DNA of 63,669 nucleotides, filler included, from Hausera hauseri (GCA_046269625.1; 13 parts of 13 records of this genome joined end to end with filler, not necessarily neighbours in it), one strand, 5' to 3'. Shown: positions 14,370-27,346, counted from the whole stretch's first letter. Numbers and translations: made by a program. The notes: generated from the letters alone by a model not told the origin.

Positions 14370-15520
14370 TCAGGTTATTCTATCATATGGGTCTACCGTG
14401 GGTTCCAACTCCTTTAGTTCCCATTCTGTGATTTTAGGACGCCTAGAATAGTAATTTTTTGTAGCCAACCGAACAATCGCAATTAATATAATGAGAACAA
14501 ACGTTGAGTATGATAATGGATATGATCGGTAAAGTGGTTAACCCCATTGGTGCTTGTGTGGTGACTGGAGTTGTGATTTCATCGTCTATGTGATTCATAT
14601 GCGATTCTGCACGAATTTAATCTAGAGTACGCAATGCAATTGTTTGATTTTGTTTATTCTCTCCGTATACTTGTATTATATAATCGTATTATGGTTTTAA
14701 CAAACTGCATTGTCTGGTAAGTGTCTTTAAGTAATGTTACGATTTGATTATTATACGTTGTTCGGCAGCTTATATGTATATCGTAATTTAGTTTTTCTTC
14801 TACAAAGAACAATTTTAAATTGATGTGCCGAATATTTAACAGGTATACTTTCTAATTCTCTTCTAGGCACACTGCTTGACGTAACGGTTTCCGTAAAGGT
14901 ACTAACTTGAGAGGTCGGCTTTTTGGTTGTTGTTTCTATTGAGATCCTCCATATTCTATTCTCTGGGTAATAAGTTCGCAAGTGCCTGCTTGATTTATCC
15001 GGCCGTACTTCATATGAGTCAAATTTTATTTTGAATTCTTGGTTTACGGGTAACTTACAACACGGGTGTTGCACAACGGCATGAACAGAACAGTATTCTA
15101 TTTTCGGGGGTTTTCCGTTTACTGCTTCGAAAACAATACTAATTTTTTGACTAATAGTTAATCCTGTTCGAGCATCTACTTGGATGAATAATTTATTTTG
15201 GCTTACGGAGATCACTTGGATATTTCCATTTAATAGCCTTATATTTAGGTTGGTGGATTGTAGCATTTCGTCAAGTTTTACTTCGAATCGTCTGGTCCAA
15301 GTGGAAATAATTAACTGAAGTTGTGGGTTTACTTCGATATAGACTTCTGATGAGTCTGGTAAGTACAATCGATAAGTAAGGATGTAGATGTGACCATAAT
15401 CTATGTCACAGCACTGTGTATAATCTCCGGGTGCAAAATCCGTTTTTCACTTCTTTTGTTGTTACTTTGTATAGTACAACTTGAAAATTTCCGAAATCAT
15501 GATTTGTCTCCACGTTTTAA
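14370..15520 (-). pseudogene. Type I membrane protein of the complex Gypsy (copy A)
   Basis: IEYCSV..LPVNQEFKIKFD..HLRTYYPENRIWRISIETTTKKP aligns with 21061-21816. It has a frameshifted TM segment (LPIISII / TFVLIILIAIVRL) and ends YDRIT-stop. Confidence 0.75.
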
Positions 15521-16157
15521 ATGCAACACACAGAGTCGGGCGAAAAGTAATGAGCCTTCATTGATTGTAACAAAATAGTGTCTTTTCGTTTTTGTATCTC
15601 TTCGGCCGGTGGTTTATTTTCTGTTATAATGGTTTTCGGCTTAAATCCGCTCTTCCGAATTCCATATACATCTCCTAGCGTAGTTTCATCGTCCCACCAC
15701 TGAGTTTGTGTTTTCGGGATATAAGAAGCAATTAACGACAGTGTTAAAACTATGTGAACGTATGAGATCGGTCTGGCAATTATTGAAGAAGTTTTTATCT
15801 CACGTTGTCGTAAATTGTAATGTTTGTTGGGTCGTATATCTGTTTTAACGACTCTCTGTACTGATATGACCTCTTCCTTTCCATTCTTGTTGATATACGC
15901 CGTAGTTGGCATAACTTTAGTAACTTCGTACGGTCCTCTGCATGTACGAGTCAGTTTTAACGACATAACTTTTTAGCTCCTGGGTAATGTACATAAACCC
16001 TATTTACTTGTTCTAAATCGTGTGACTTTGTTTTTTTATCATATTACTTTTTAAACTGTTCTTGATATTCTTGCGATAATTCTTTGTCAATTTCCCAACA
16101 TTTTCATAGTCGCGTCGTAGCACTTCTGCAAAATTCTGATCTAAATATTCGGGGTTA
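15517..16157 (-). pseudogene. Gypsy integrase C-terminus (GPY motif) running into a signal-peptide-like segment; complex Gypsy copy A
   Basis: RGPYEVTKV..ISVQRVVKT followed by ISYVHIVLTLSLIASYIPKTQTQW. Clearly homologous at DNA level to 33830-34436. Confidence 0.85.
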
Positions 16158-17399
16158 NNNNNNNNNNNNNNNNNNNNNNNNNNNNNNNNNNNNNNNNNNN
16201 NTTAATTAATTAANNNNNNNNNNNNNNNNNNNNNNNNNNNNNNNNNNNNNNNNNNNNAGTATTTATTGACAAAATACTACGTAAACAAAAAACAAAAACA
16301 TATTACGATCTAATGATTTCATGTTTGTGGGTACTGATGAACGTAATGACGAATTCGTTCTCGAATGACTCACTTGATTGTAGCCCTTAATGGAAAATTT
16401 AAATAAAGTAAATTGAACAATAAATTTCTCATCTGGGTGAAAAATATCCATTGAGTCCATCTTTTGTTTGCTTGTAACTGAAGGACAGAATGAATATTTC
16501 ATTAAACTATTGTCAAAGAAGAAATTCTCTTAGTCAATACGTGACGTTACTACAAATTCAATAGAAAGTATGAAATGTACACTAAACATTAAAAACGTGA
16601 TCTCTATCATAAAAGTTGATGAAAATCAAAGTTTGCCTTGGTTGGTCTAAAAGTAAAATTTCATAAATACATCAAACTTAATGATAAAAATCAAATATTT
16701 AGTTACTTATTTGCTGTGTGTTACATTATATCACAAAAAAACAATTTACGATAAAGATAAGTGCAAACAGACATTCGGAATCCGAACTACAGGGTGATAT
16801 TCGTTTGTTTAAATTATGTATCTTGATTTTGTTGCCATGGATCTAAACTACATAATATTAAAGTTTCGAAAAACTTGGAAACTTTTTTATAACCAAGTAT
16901 AAATTTCCTTCTCATAGTTTCTGATATTTTATCTTTAATAGACTACATAATTATTATTATAACACAATGTAGTCCGGACCATGGTAACAAGATCAAGATA
17001 TTTAATTTAAACAAACGAATAATCAATATTTTACTGATCATCATATAGTCTAACGGAGAAACTTTGTTTAAATGATTGATTTTGTTGAATAATAAAACTA
17101 GCAAAATGTTGCCTCTAATACAAACGGTTTTAATTGGAGTCATGAGGAGTCATAGAAGCATGCTACAAATCATTGAACGATTAGACATTTATGATCCTGT
17201 ATGGATTGATAGTTGGTTCTGTAGGATTATAGCTTAAATTTTACACCTACCAGTCAAAACAGTTTATTTAAATAACATAAATTCTCCTTCATGGATTCGC
17301 CACTAGAAACGCTCGTAGTTATCGTGCCAAGCCGGAGCGCGCCTCGTTTACTTGAAATGAGCCACCATCCAAGAAAGAATTCGCTTCTCTTAAGCCTGA

Positions 17400-18950
17400 A
17401 TCGTGGTTCCTCCGCGCATGGTTTGTATTACGTGGAATTGTATTTATTTCTACTGTGTGGTGACTTTGATACTCTCGGAATATCACTCCCTGCATCCTGT
17501 GGTTTCGAATGCTGCTCCGTTACGATGAGTTCCTTTCAAAACCTTCGCAGTCTGTTAAAAAAGTAAATGCATGAAACTTTCCCATCCTTTTTGGAGTAGT
17601 GCTGCAGAAAAGCACCATATATGTTATACTTCCGCAAGAGCGTGCCGCCATACCTTTGATAGTTCGATTATTTCTTTTGATTATACCATTTCCCTGCGGA
17701 TACTATGCACATCGAAAATGGACGTTGACTTTCTACTTTTTCAGACCATCAGCAACAGCTGCAGAACGGAAGGTTGTTGAATTATCTAATACAATTTCGT
17801 TTTGATGGTCCGAACTAACACAAAATTACTGATACACTGTTGGCACACATTCACAGCTGTTTATTGAATTAACTCCCTCCAAATGGTAAATCGAGATGGC
17901 CCATAATCGATCATGGTCAGAAAGATCTCATGACCATAATGGGTGACATCCGACGCAACACGACTACAGATATTTCGAACATCCAATTTTCCTTTTTCTC
18001 ACCTTGTCGAATTCGGATCAGTGGAAAGACACGTTGAGCATTTCAATATAATCTCGCTTCTACTATCTCAAGAAATAAATATAAACGTCTTTCACCATCG
18101 CTTCCGAGAATTCAAAAGGTTTAACATTTTGGCCTTCATCACCGTTGATGTTAGACATAAAACTACTGCCACAGAATCCAACATAAGACATCTCTTTTTA
18201 GGGCCCCGTTTAATGTCTGACTCGAACTCCGCCAAATTTATATAAGTAACATCATCTGCCTTCCACAACAAACAAGCATTTTCCACTAAATACCCTCCAA
18301 TATCAATGCATACTCCAAACTGCAATGTAATGGCGTCGCATCAAACGACCACTTTTGTTGAATTTTCTACAGCACAGATACCCTTTACCGGGTCGTTCTG
18401 CCTCATAAGAGAAATCAACTCCATTATTCACTGCTTGGTAGCCGAAGGAACCTGATCTTTCCTTTTCTAGATCTTTCCTTCGCTTATTGAAGTTGCTGCA
18501 GGAACGCAACCAAGAACATATTGGATAGTGACCAACCAATTTACCATACAATGAAAAACGTCCTCTTTTGTTAAACTTTCCGTATCACGATCATTAATTG
18601 AAGCGAATTATCTCGCCATCACCGAAATAATTGTCCTTTTCTGCCCACTCTCAACCCAAAAACTCTAGCTCCACCTAACTCCTGGATCTCGTTTGCTTTA
18701 AGACCATAATCAAGCAACAACATTCGTAGGCATACGAGGATACTACATTCCCATTTCTGACTTGTGGGCAAAAAGCTTTTTCTACAATAACTGTCATTAT
18801 TTTTGGAGCTATATTCATGCATAACCCCTGTGGTGCCCCCGGGTGTTGCGGCACCCTGGCTTTTCGGCCAGGCACAATTGGGCACGGTAGCTTTGCCCGT
18901 GTTGTGCCGTGTGTTGGGGGTTTGTTTTCGCTTATCGGAGAATTTGGCTG
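17400..18950 (-). mobile_element. Heavily decayed and internally deleted LTR-retrotransposon pol (RT-RNaseH-IN remnants)
   Basis: FGLRVG (RT), GKLVGHYPICSWLR, CDA..KADDVTYINLAEF (RNase H), DVTHYGHEIFLTMIDYGPSRFTIWR and YPQGNGII (integrase). Confidence 0.75.
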
Positions 18951-20753
18951 CTTTGAAGAATTCGGAACAGGAAGAGAAATCAAATGAATTTGGGAAATAT
19001 GTATTTTTTTTTCTGTTCAAAGACAAAAATTCAAGGACACACTTATTCATAAAATTTATATACTCTATTGTTGACATGGTATTTCGTATTCGTTATGGAA
19101 TAAAATTAAAAGCGAAAATATATCAACAGTAATGCTCGATTACAATCAACTGTTGAACAACTTTCAATTTAGTCATCAATCTAGGAAACCCGCCTCATTC
19201 CGTTCGGCCAATAAACGAAAAGCCATACTCGTACAACAATATCAATAATCTTGAACATCGAACCGTTTTCAAATATTCAAAGTTTACAAAGCGCGAATCC
19301 GTTTCAAACAGTAATATTAGTAACAGTAATCAGAATCACAGTTCCTTGTCCTACACCGAAAATCAGTTTCTACACATGCAATTAAAAATACCAGTAAAAC
19401 ATTAACTGCATCGACAACCGAATCAGCGCAACAAAGCAAACCAAGTCAACAGACTAAAAAACAAATACACCGATCACAGAATTGATATTTATCGGAAATA
19501 CTAAAGAAAAAAACCGCGGAACGTCAATTCCATTGATCGACGCATCACAAATATAAACTTCATAGATTGCGCAATAAAAACAGAAAATATGGTAGAAAAA
19601 CTGAAATCGATCAAATTCGACATTGCCAGTCAACGATTTTCCGTGCAAATATTCAGACTAATGTAAACAAGCGTCGAAAATTGGCACATGGTCGATTTGC
19701 CCAACCTTAATAATTTTTCGTAATATTGCAAGATTTTTTTTCTTGTTTAAAATTTAAAAAATTTTAAATAAATACTTCATTTCGCAAGAATTTTCGAGTT
19801 CTATTTTTATCAATCCGATGATGACTATTACCCACAGAACTCAGAACCAATTTTCCGATGATAACAAAATTGGGGGCTTTGAGTCAGAGTTCTATCAGGG
19901 CGCAATCAAACCCCACGAAAAGTCTGACAATTACTATTTTAAGATTTCTTGTCAAATGATTCAGGGAAAATTCCCATTCCGTTTGGAACTAACACCCATC
20001 AGGGCGTTTAACACATTCAAACAAAGAAGTACATATATGCAAGGGATTTACTATTTATATACAATAGATACAATAGTCACCGTTTAATTGTCTGTGCTGC
20101 ACAAAATATTTTATCAGTGTTCTTTTCTGTTAAATTCGGATTGCCGATAAAAAATATCAATTTTGTTAATATGGAATGCATTGAAAATTTGCACTATATA
20201 CTGTGTATACTGGTTTGGGTTTGAATTTTTGAATTTCGAATTTTGTTTTTGGATTTTTTCAAACATTCGAGATTTTTGATTTCGAGTTTTCATCGAATTT
20301 TAAATTTTTATTTCGGGTTCATTTATTAAGGAATCCTAACAGTTTCATGCTGTAGCAATTCTATTTTTCCTCGAGGTTGAATTATTTCATTGATTTTATG
20401 TTTCAATAAAGCTATCGTATCCAATTCCTTCATCCTTAGAGCATTAAAATCGTGATTATATTGTTGGAGAGTAACTATTATTTTGGGGTTTTCTCCGACC
20501 GTTCTTACTCTGTCTGAATACCAGTAAATTATATATCGTATAACATTCTGAAAGGGGCTTTTGCCAGCAACATATACTAACATGTCTAATAGATTGGCGA
20601 ACTGTTGATGGCTAACTGTAGGTCAAAATAACATTGAAATATCTTGTCTGAACNNNNNNNNNNNNNNNNNNNNNNNNNNNNNNNNNNNNNNNNNNNNTTA
20701 ATTAATTAANNNNNNNNNNNNNNNNNNNNNNNNNNNNNNNNNNNNNNNNNNNN

Positions 20754-21816
20754 GCGGAGCTCATAGAAAATGTTGTAATTTGGATTTCGGACAAACCTAC
20801 CGATACAAATTTCAAATGTTCTATTATAATCAGCCCAGAACCCAAGCCTATATAATTACTGAATTCTTAATAAGAATGTCTCAACGAAATTACACGAATC
20901 GAGCCAAGACGGATGAGATAATCCTAAATACTGACCCATTAAAAGGCTGTTAGATTATAACATTATAGGGATTTCCAAGGACTTAAAGAACTAATGTATT
21001 CGAATTGAGACCAAAATAGAACTGCCAAGAGATAGGCAAATTCCTGTCCGATTTATACCAGTGAACGCCTCGGTTCCTATTCCGGAGTATTGCTATATCG
21101 CACGACGACGGCTTACTGTGTCATATAGATTACAATTAGGACAAAACTACCAGTTACAGTTCGATCTGTTCAACAATTACTTTAAAGAACCGAGTACTTA
21201 CTTACGAGGATACCGCCCAAAAATCGGAATATGGAAGCTTCCATTTCCAACCACTACGAGGAAACCATTCACTGTTCCAAGTACAACTCTCACTACTGCG
21301 ATCGTCACCTCTGATGAAATGCTCAAAAAAGAACTAGGAAGAATACTGGTTACGATTTTGGCAAAAAATAATAAAATTCTATTTTACGTTGAAGAAACGT
21401 TAAACCAAGACGTCAAAATTAAATGTCACACCCTGCAAACCAATCAAATTATAATCCTAAGAAAGAATAGTCAGGGAACTGAATGCAGGTCATTACGACA
21501 GCAGCATAATTATATAGACCGAATAACCGCAAAGGGTAGGAAATCTATGACTTTTGCAGTGCGAACCCCAAATAACAAAATTGAAATAATGCAGTATAAA
21601 GAACTTAGTACCCAAAATGCGTTTACCACGAGAAGTTCTATTGAGTCGAACAATTTACCGATAATATCTATATTTGGTTTGTCAGTTTTTGTTCTTGTCA
21701 CCTTATCGGCGATGATTTTTCTAGTTTCCAAAAATTGTAATAAACGCAGTAAAAATCGAAAGGGAAATAAACGGGTAAAAGGGTGCCGAGACGAACTTTA
21801 TGACAGCATAACTTGA
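20754..21816 (+). CDS. Type I membrane protein of the complex Gypsy (copy B), 5' part broken
   Basis: 251-aa ORF with a Thr-rich linker (PTTTRKPFTVPSTTLTT), a TM segment (LPIISIFGLSVFVLVTLSAMIFLV), a basic tail and terminal YDSIT. Homologous to 14370-15520. Confidence 0.8.
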
Positions 21817-21822
21817 CAATTA
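21814..21822 (+). promoter_or_regulatory. Candidate stop-codon readthrough signal TGA-CAA-TTA
   Basis: Matches the CARYYA leaky-stop context. Copy A has TGA-CAA-CTA at 14372-14364. Both copies stay open in frame into the next ORF. Confidence 0.65.
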
Positions 21823-21921
21823 CAGATCAGGTTATCCTATCATCAGACAGAGAAAATGTTTTGTTTCAAAACAATAATCTGTCTTAGGATTGACCTTTAT
21901 TTTTATTTTAGCAGAGTAAGT

Positions 21922-24379
21922 ATGGCCGAAAAGGCGAAGAATTCAGCCATCAACTCCAGTCATGACATCGACGATTTCCTGCAACAACATGTAACATTCT
22001 TCAAGCCACTATCGAAAAGCTTATATCGTCAAATTGGAGAAAATCTGAAAAACAAAACTTATGTCGAAATCGATCAGGAAAGTAAAACACCAAATGGGTT
22101 GAAATGGAGTTTAAAGGAAAATCGACTGATTAGGCTATACGCAATGCAAAGCCCCAGAGATGCACAAGAATACCTCTTGAGAGATATGATTCCACATGAA
22201 TCGACATATTAGCAATTGTACATACATGTCGCTGATGGAAAAATTCAACACAGGATCGTAGGACAATCCTGGAGCACACAAAACGGACAACAATGGAAAT
22301 TTAGCACTTATAAGTTATATTGCTATAGTCTTATGAACTATGCTTTGGAATTCAGAATCTCAGAACTTTCAACCAAACTCATGTTCGAAATGACCTGGCG
22401 AATAGAAGTAATAAAACCGCTACCACCATTATTATGTATACAAAAGCCTTCAGAAGATGAAATAGAACAGAATGGAGAATCTTACAGACTAGTTCCAGAC
22501 GGCAGAAATACTTGAATTTTAGCCGTGAACTATGGAGAAAAGGGTGATGGATGATATACACCGATTGAAGTCTCTATTCGAAGCACAAACGGAGAACTTA
22601 TAAAAAAACAATTGCACCTAAAACTAGGGTGAAGGATACCTTTCCCGATCTCACTGGAATTACAAAAATACAATTTGAAAAGGGAAAAGATTTCTTGGAA
22701 ATCCAGGAAGATATAAGCCATTGCTTATATGGATGCATTATAACCGGATTCCGAGTGTACGAAATGTTAAAAAGACTAGGAATTAGACAAGAGTATATAG
22801 TCAGAATTCATGAACTGAGTCGAAATCCAACAGTTGTAAGTCAGGTAGAAAATACCTTAATGAGAAAAAGAGAATGTCTCCTTCCGTCAGCGTCAAGTGA
22901 ATCACAGTTCAAAATGACGCAAGAAGCCATGAATGATGAGCAGTTCAAATTTCCTAAATTGATGTCAGCAAGTCAACAAACAAAGCTTATAAATGATATT
23001 TATGTCGCACTACGATGGGAATATGAGCGGAAGCTTAGGAACCCTACACAAAATGTGATGTCAGACAACAATCCACGAATTTTAATACAAAAATTCGGAA
23101 AAGGATTTAGCGAATACCCAATATATATACAAGTTGAGCCTCAAGGACACAACAGATTTCAAGTGACTGTTTACAACAACTCAGTTAGAACGACCAGCAA
23201 CCAACAAAACCATCGATTAGCCAAGCCCAAAATGAAATAGAAATGGTTTCCAAAAGAGCAACAGGAAATCTGAAATCGAGTATCAGAGAAGTTCCGAAAG
23301 GACAAAAGACGAAGACTTCCTTCTTGGAGTATATTAGCAAAAAGAGAAGTAAAACCAGTAAGAACCTGGGCGAAGAAATAAAATCATCTGCTGGCCGCCC
23401 CATGCTCGACGAACAAGTAAACAGATCCAAGGAAAAACCCAAAAGGAAGGAGCCCGAGAATTCCGAGGGGATAAAGACGAGAACTGCCGACACAAAGTCC
23501 CGTAAGACAGAAGTAAACATTCTTAGGAAGAATTAAGAAGAAGATGAACCGATCATAGTAACGGAATTTGGCCAAGTAAAGGAATATACCAGAATGCTCG
23601 TCATGGCCGAATATTACAGCAAAGGCATGATCAAGGAAGCCATATTTTACGTATCCACTATTCCTAGGCGAATCGTAAGTGGAAACGGATACGCCCGGGA
23701 GGACGCAATCATTGGCAAATACTTAGCTCCAATATTCTAGTTGAAAAACGGTACCAATAGACTAACCATTCCGTTAGATACCCAAGTCCGAATACAATTA
23801 AAAAGGCAATATAAGAAAACCGGGATACCAGACTTAGACCAACAAAAAATCGTCGAATGGACGTCATTTACAGTGTCATATGACCTCAAGAAAGGTTCTA
23901 TCGACCTAAAACAAAAACGACTATATGGATACCTATATCAAGATAAAAAAGGATTAGTATTTGAACGAATAGAAATTGACGAAAATCTCGTGGACATATA
24001 TGGAGGAGAAAAAGAAGATTGCCCTGTTTGTGACGCCGATCTCTATGAAGGATTTGTGGTGCTGGACAATAAAGACTGTACTCACAAGTACTGTCAATAC
24101 TCTTTAGAAACGTAGACCCTGAAGAATGGGAAAACTACCTGCCCTGTATGTAGAGCTGAAGCCACAAGACTGAGATACTACGCCAATGGAGAAAATAAAA
24201 GGGTAGTGGAGATATTGCCCCCAAAACCTACTACATCCTACTACTTTGAACCGCAATCACCACAAGATGAATCAGATTTGGAAGCGGACTTACGTGGACA
24301 AAAGAACCGGTTACGCGGCACCTCTTCTGACGCAATAGGCACATCCGAGAATGCCGTTCAGGGAGGAGAAATGTTGTAA
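21922..24379 (+). pseudogene. Long novel accessory ORF ending in a RING finger (copy B), fragmented
   Basis: ORF pieces at 21856-22515, 22629-23240, 23243-23536 and 23741-24115. The RING reads CPVC..CTHKYCQYS..(W to stop)..CPVC at 24020-24151. The frame ends in the PPT/LTR (QGGEML-stop). Confidence 0.75.
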
Positions 24380-24913
24380 AATGGCCGTAAAACGTGAACT
24401 GTTTATATGTAAATCAAAACGAAACTGAAAAACGAAACCGAAAGTAAAACTGAAACTAAATATTTGACATTAGAAATTGAGAATGAAAAATTATTATTAT
24501 CCAGAATTAACCACTGAATGTGCAGGAAATCTGTAAATATGAAAATAGTTTATTGGAAAGGAGAATTATTGATTATTCCTTAAATAACGGAAAAATTAAA
24601 TGAAAATTGTGGAAAATTGTTTGTAAATAATAATTGGAAAATTATTGCTTTTGACTGCCAACTATATAAGGCAGTACAAAATCAGTTAACACGACCATAG
24701 TGAACATTGTGAAGTTTGAGTTGAACATAAATTAGAAGTTGAATTGAATTGAGCTATTGGAACAGCTCCGTTATCCAGATATTCTTGAAGATTGAATTTG
24801 TTCGAGCTATTGAAGTGCTCTACGATTTGGATATTCCTCGAAGGATTCCGCAGTTGAATTATTGAAAACTTGAAGCAGTTATTACTTATTAATCCGACGA
24901 CTATATCGTCTGG
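24360..24913 (+). repeat. Polypurine tract plus start of the 3' LTR of the complex Gypsy
   Basis: AGGGAGGAGAAA is immediately followed by TGTTGTAAA at 24372. Short repeats (GAAACTGAAA; GGAAAATT) and a TATA box (TATATAAGG, about 24663) follow. Confidence 0.75.
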
Positions 24914-25013
24914 NNNNNNNNNNNNNNNNNNNNNNNNNNNNNNNNNNNNNNNNNNNNTTAATTAATTAANNNNNNNNNNNNNNNNNNNNNNNNNNNNNNN
25001 NNNNNNNNNNNNN

Positions 25014-25763
25014 ATTCGATAAAATGCTTCGTAGAGATGGTTTGTGTTTAGCAACAATGGACCGTCCGCCACCGGTTTGACCGAATTCTCGTTTATTAAA
25101 ACCCAGATTTCTTGACAATAGTTCATCAAAGGCAAAACATGTAACATTATCGTGTAGTGTAAACGAAATACGACCATCAGAATTTAATTAAAATATCTTG
25201 AGAGCCAGTTTAGTTACTGCTTTGATGGTTACACACAATTCTGCTTCCGTTTCCGTAAGAAAACCCATTCCTGTTGTATGAGAGTAAAAGAGTGATTCAG
25301 TCTTTTGCCAATTCACTGTAATATCGGTGGTTTTCGCAGTGGAAAAGTTCAATTTTTCACTAATTATACTCTGCCCACCGAGCTGTCGGATAGTGATTTA
25401 AATTGTAATTCAATCGGATGTTTGTGTTTTAGCACCAATCGATTGTTTAAATGAAAAATATAAACCGGGAAATATTGTCGTTTGTAATTGCGAACGTAAA
25501 ATGTTCCATTAGTCTCGAACTAACTGCAAACGACTAGATGCAGGAGATTGTCTTACTAGGGTATAGTATATTCCACTGTTCTCATGTACTGTTATTGGTG
25601 AAAATGTAAACGTGAATTCCGCCAAAGCCACTTCCCAGGCTCCCTGGCGTAAGTCGAACGGCTGGTCCAACGCCATGGTAAACCGTTCAGCGGTATTGTT
25701 ATTGTTGTTGTTGTCATGTTCTGATAATCTGTTACTATCAAGTATCAAATATGTGCTAATCAC
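25014..25763 (-). pseudogene. Polinton/adintovirus minor capsid (penton-like) protein, partial
   Basis: YLILDSN..NTAERFTMALDQPFDLRQGAWEVALAEFTF is the typical N-terminal pattern of Polinton minor capsid proteins. Confidence 0.7.
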
Positions 25764-26810
25764 TCAATCTGTGATGCAAAAATCCAACTCGGTGTAGTGT
25801 ATCCGTGCCACTTGACGAGATATTGTTTATTCGAACCTTTGCCGCGTGAACGTAGAATTCCCTGAATACGATACACATCAGGTTTTTCCGGTAGTACTTG
25901 CAGTTCCTGTTCGTAAAATTTGCCACGTATTTCGTCACCATTTTCATTTTCTAAAACGTACATAACCGGACTTTGCTTTGTGTTGATTGTTAAAATTCGG
26001 AAAACCTCATCGTTCCAGTTTTGATTGAAATTCTTAGTGAATGGCGTCGTACTGAGCTTGGAAATACGTACATAATCACCGATTTTATATTTTTGGTGAC
26101 GCTTAATCGCCTGTCGTCTTCGTTGTGTTGTTCGGTTGTTTTGATAAAGCCACATGTTTAAATCATCGATTACGTCAACCGGCTGTAATCCATTGATAAC
26201 ACGGCGTGTCGAATGATTGTATGAATTAATAATATCCGGTAGTACATCTATTCAGCGTTTGTTGCCTTGCTTCGTAAAGAATTTGGTTAGGCGACCGCAC
26301 AATGTTCGATTAAATCATTCAACGAGTGCAGCCTGGTATTGGGAAAACACCGAGTAGTGGTTTACGCCGAACTGTTTCAAGACTGTTGCAATGTGGGCGT
26401 TGTAAAATTCCTTACCCAAATCCGTTTGTAAGTTCTTCGGTTGTTGTTGTTGTTGCATCAGCGTCTGAACAGCGTCGGCAATCTCTTTACAAGATTTAGA
26501 TTTCACGGCAATTGCACGTGCAAAACGACTAAACACAACAAAACATGTGAGCACGTACCGATACCCATCATTGATGTTAGCGTACGGAATCATTTCCATC
26601 AGATCCATTTGCAATACATTATTTACACCGGCAGCACGATATGCACGAGTTGGAAACCGCCTTCTTATCGGTTTGTTTAGTCTGTATGCTAACTGTTTCC
26701 CGAACCAATGTTGGGTCTGTTACCGAGTCTGTTTGACGGTCTTTGCCAGTTTGTCGACGCCAGTATAGCCGACGGGATGACGCGGGTCGAGCCACACATC
26801 GCCCATCGTT
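25760..26810 (-). pseudogene. Polinton retroviral-like (rve) integrase with C-terminal chromodomain
   Basis: DPRHPVGYTGVDKL, QMDLMEM..YRYVLTC..FSRFA, LQTDLGKEFYN, YKIGDYVRISK..FTKNFNQNWNDEVF and QYLVKWHGY. Confidence 0.92.
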
Positions 26811-26962
26811 GTAGTCGTCGATTGTGTCGGTTTTGCTGATGCTTGCATTACAACAATGAGAACGAAACGTAAATGAAATATTCGGTAAACTGGGACAAAA
26901 AGATGAAAACCATGCACCCATATCGCCGAATCATCACATACTTACCGTCATTGTTTATACTA

Positions 26963-27346
26963 TCATGTTGTTGCAGAACCAATGAGTCCACCCACTAATG
27001 ACGCGACAATCGGTAGAATTGTGCCAAGGAATCTACCGTCTTGCTGGTACATAACCTCTCGTTTCAGTCGTTTACTGCGGGTGTTGGCAAGGCCAATGAG
27101 TGGTTTTCGATACTTTAGTAAATTCCGCTTTCCACTACCAATGTCAATGTGACCCACGACAATATTGTATAAAATTTCCATCAAATCGTCTATTACAAAC
27201 TGTGGGAATGATCGCAGCATGTGTCGCTTATGTCTCGTAGGTGCCTTGAGCAAACCAATAAAGTACGGTTGACTACGTTTGAATCGCATGCTTTTTTGTG
27301 GACGTATTGATGTTGATGAGATGTATTTATTTATAACCGTTGCCAC
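26963..27346 (-). CDS. Polinton/adintovirus small conserved protein with amphipathic C-terminus (pX-like)
   Basis: EILYNIVVGHI..QQDGRFLGTILPIVASLVGGLIG is a variant of the GGFL..L..L pattern usually found next to the Polinton ATPase. Confidence 0.65.
   Translation of the reverse strand: MATVINKYISSTSIRPQKSMRFKRSQPYFIGLLKAPTRHKRHMLRSFPQFVIDDLMEILYNIVVGHIDIGSGKRNLLKYRKPLIGLANTRSKRLKREVMYQQDGRFLGTILPIVASLVGGLIGSATT

Noticed and set aside
22210-22218. Second possible leaky stop, TAG-CAA-TTG
   Set aside because: An imperfect CARYYA match that is not reproduced in copy A; more likely a decay mutation.
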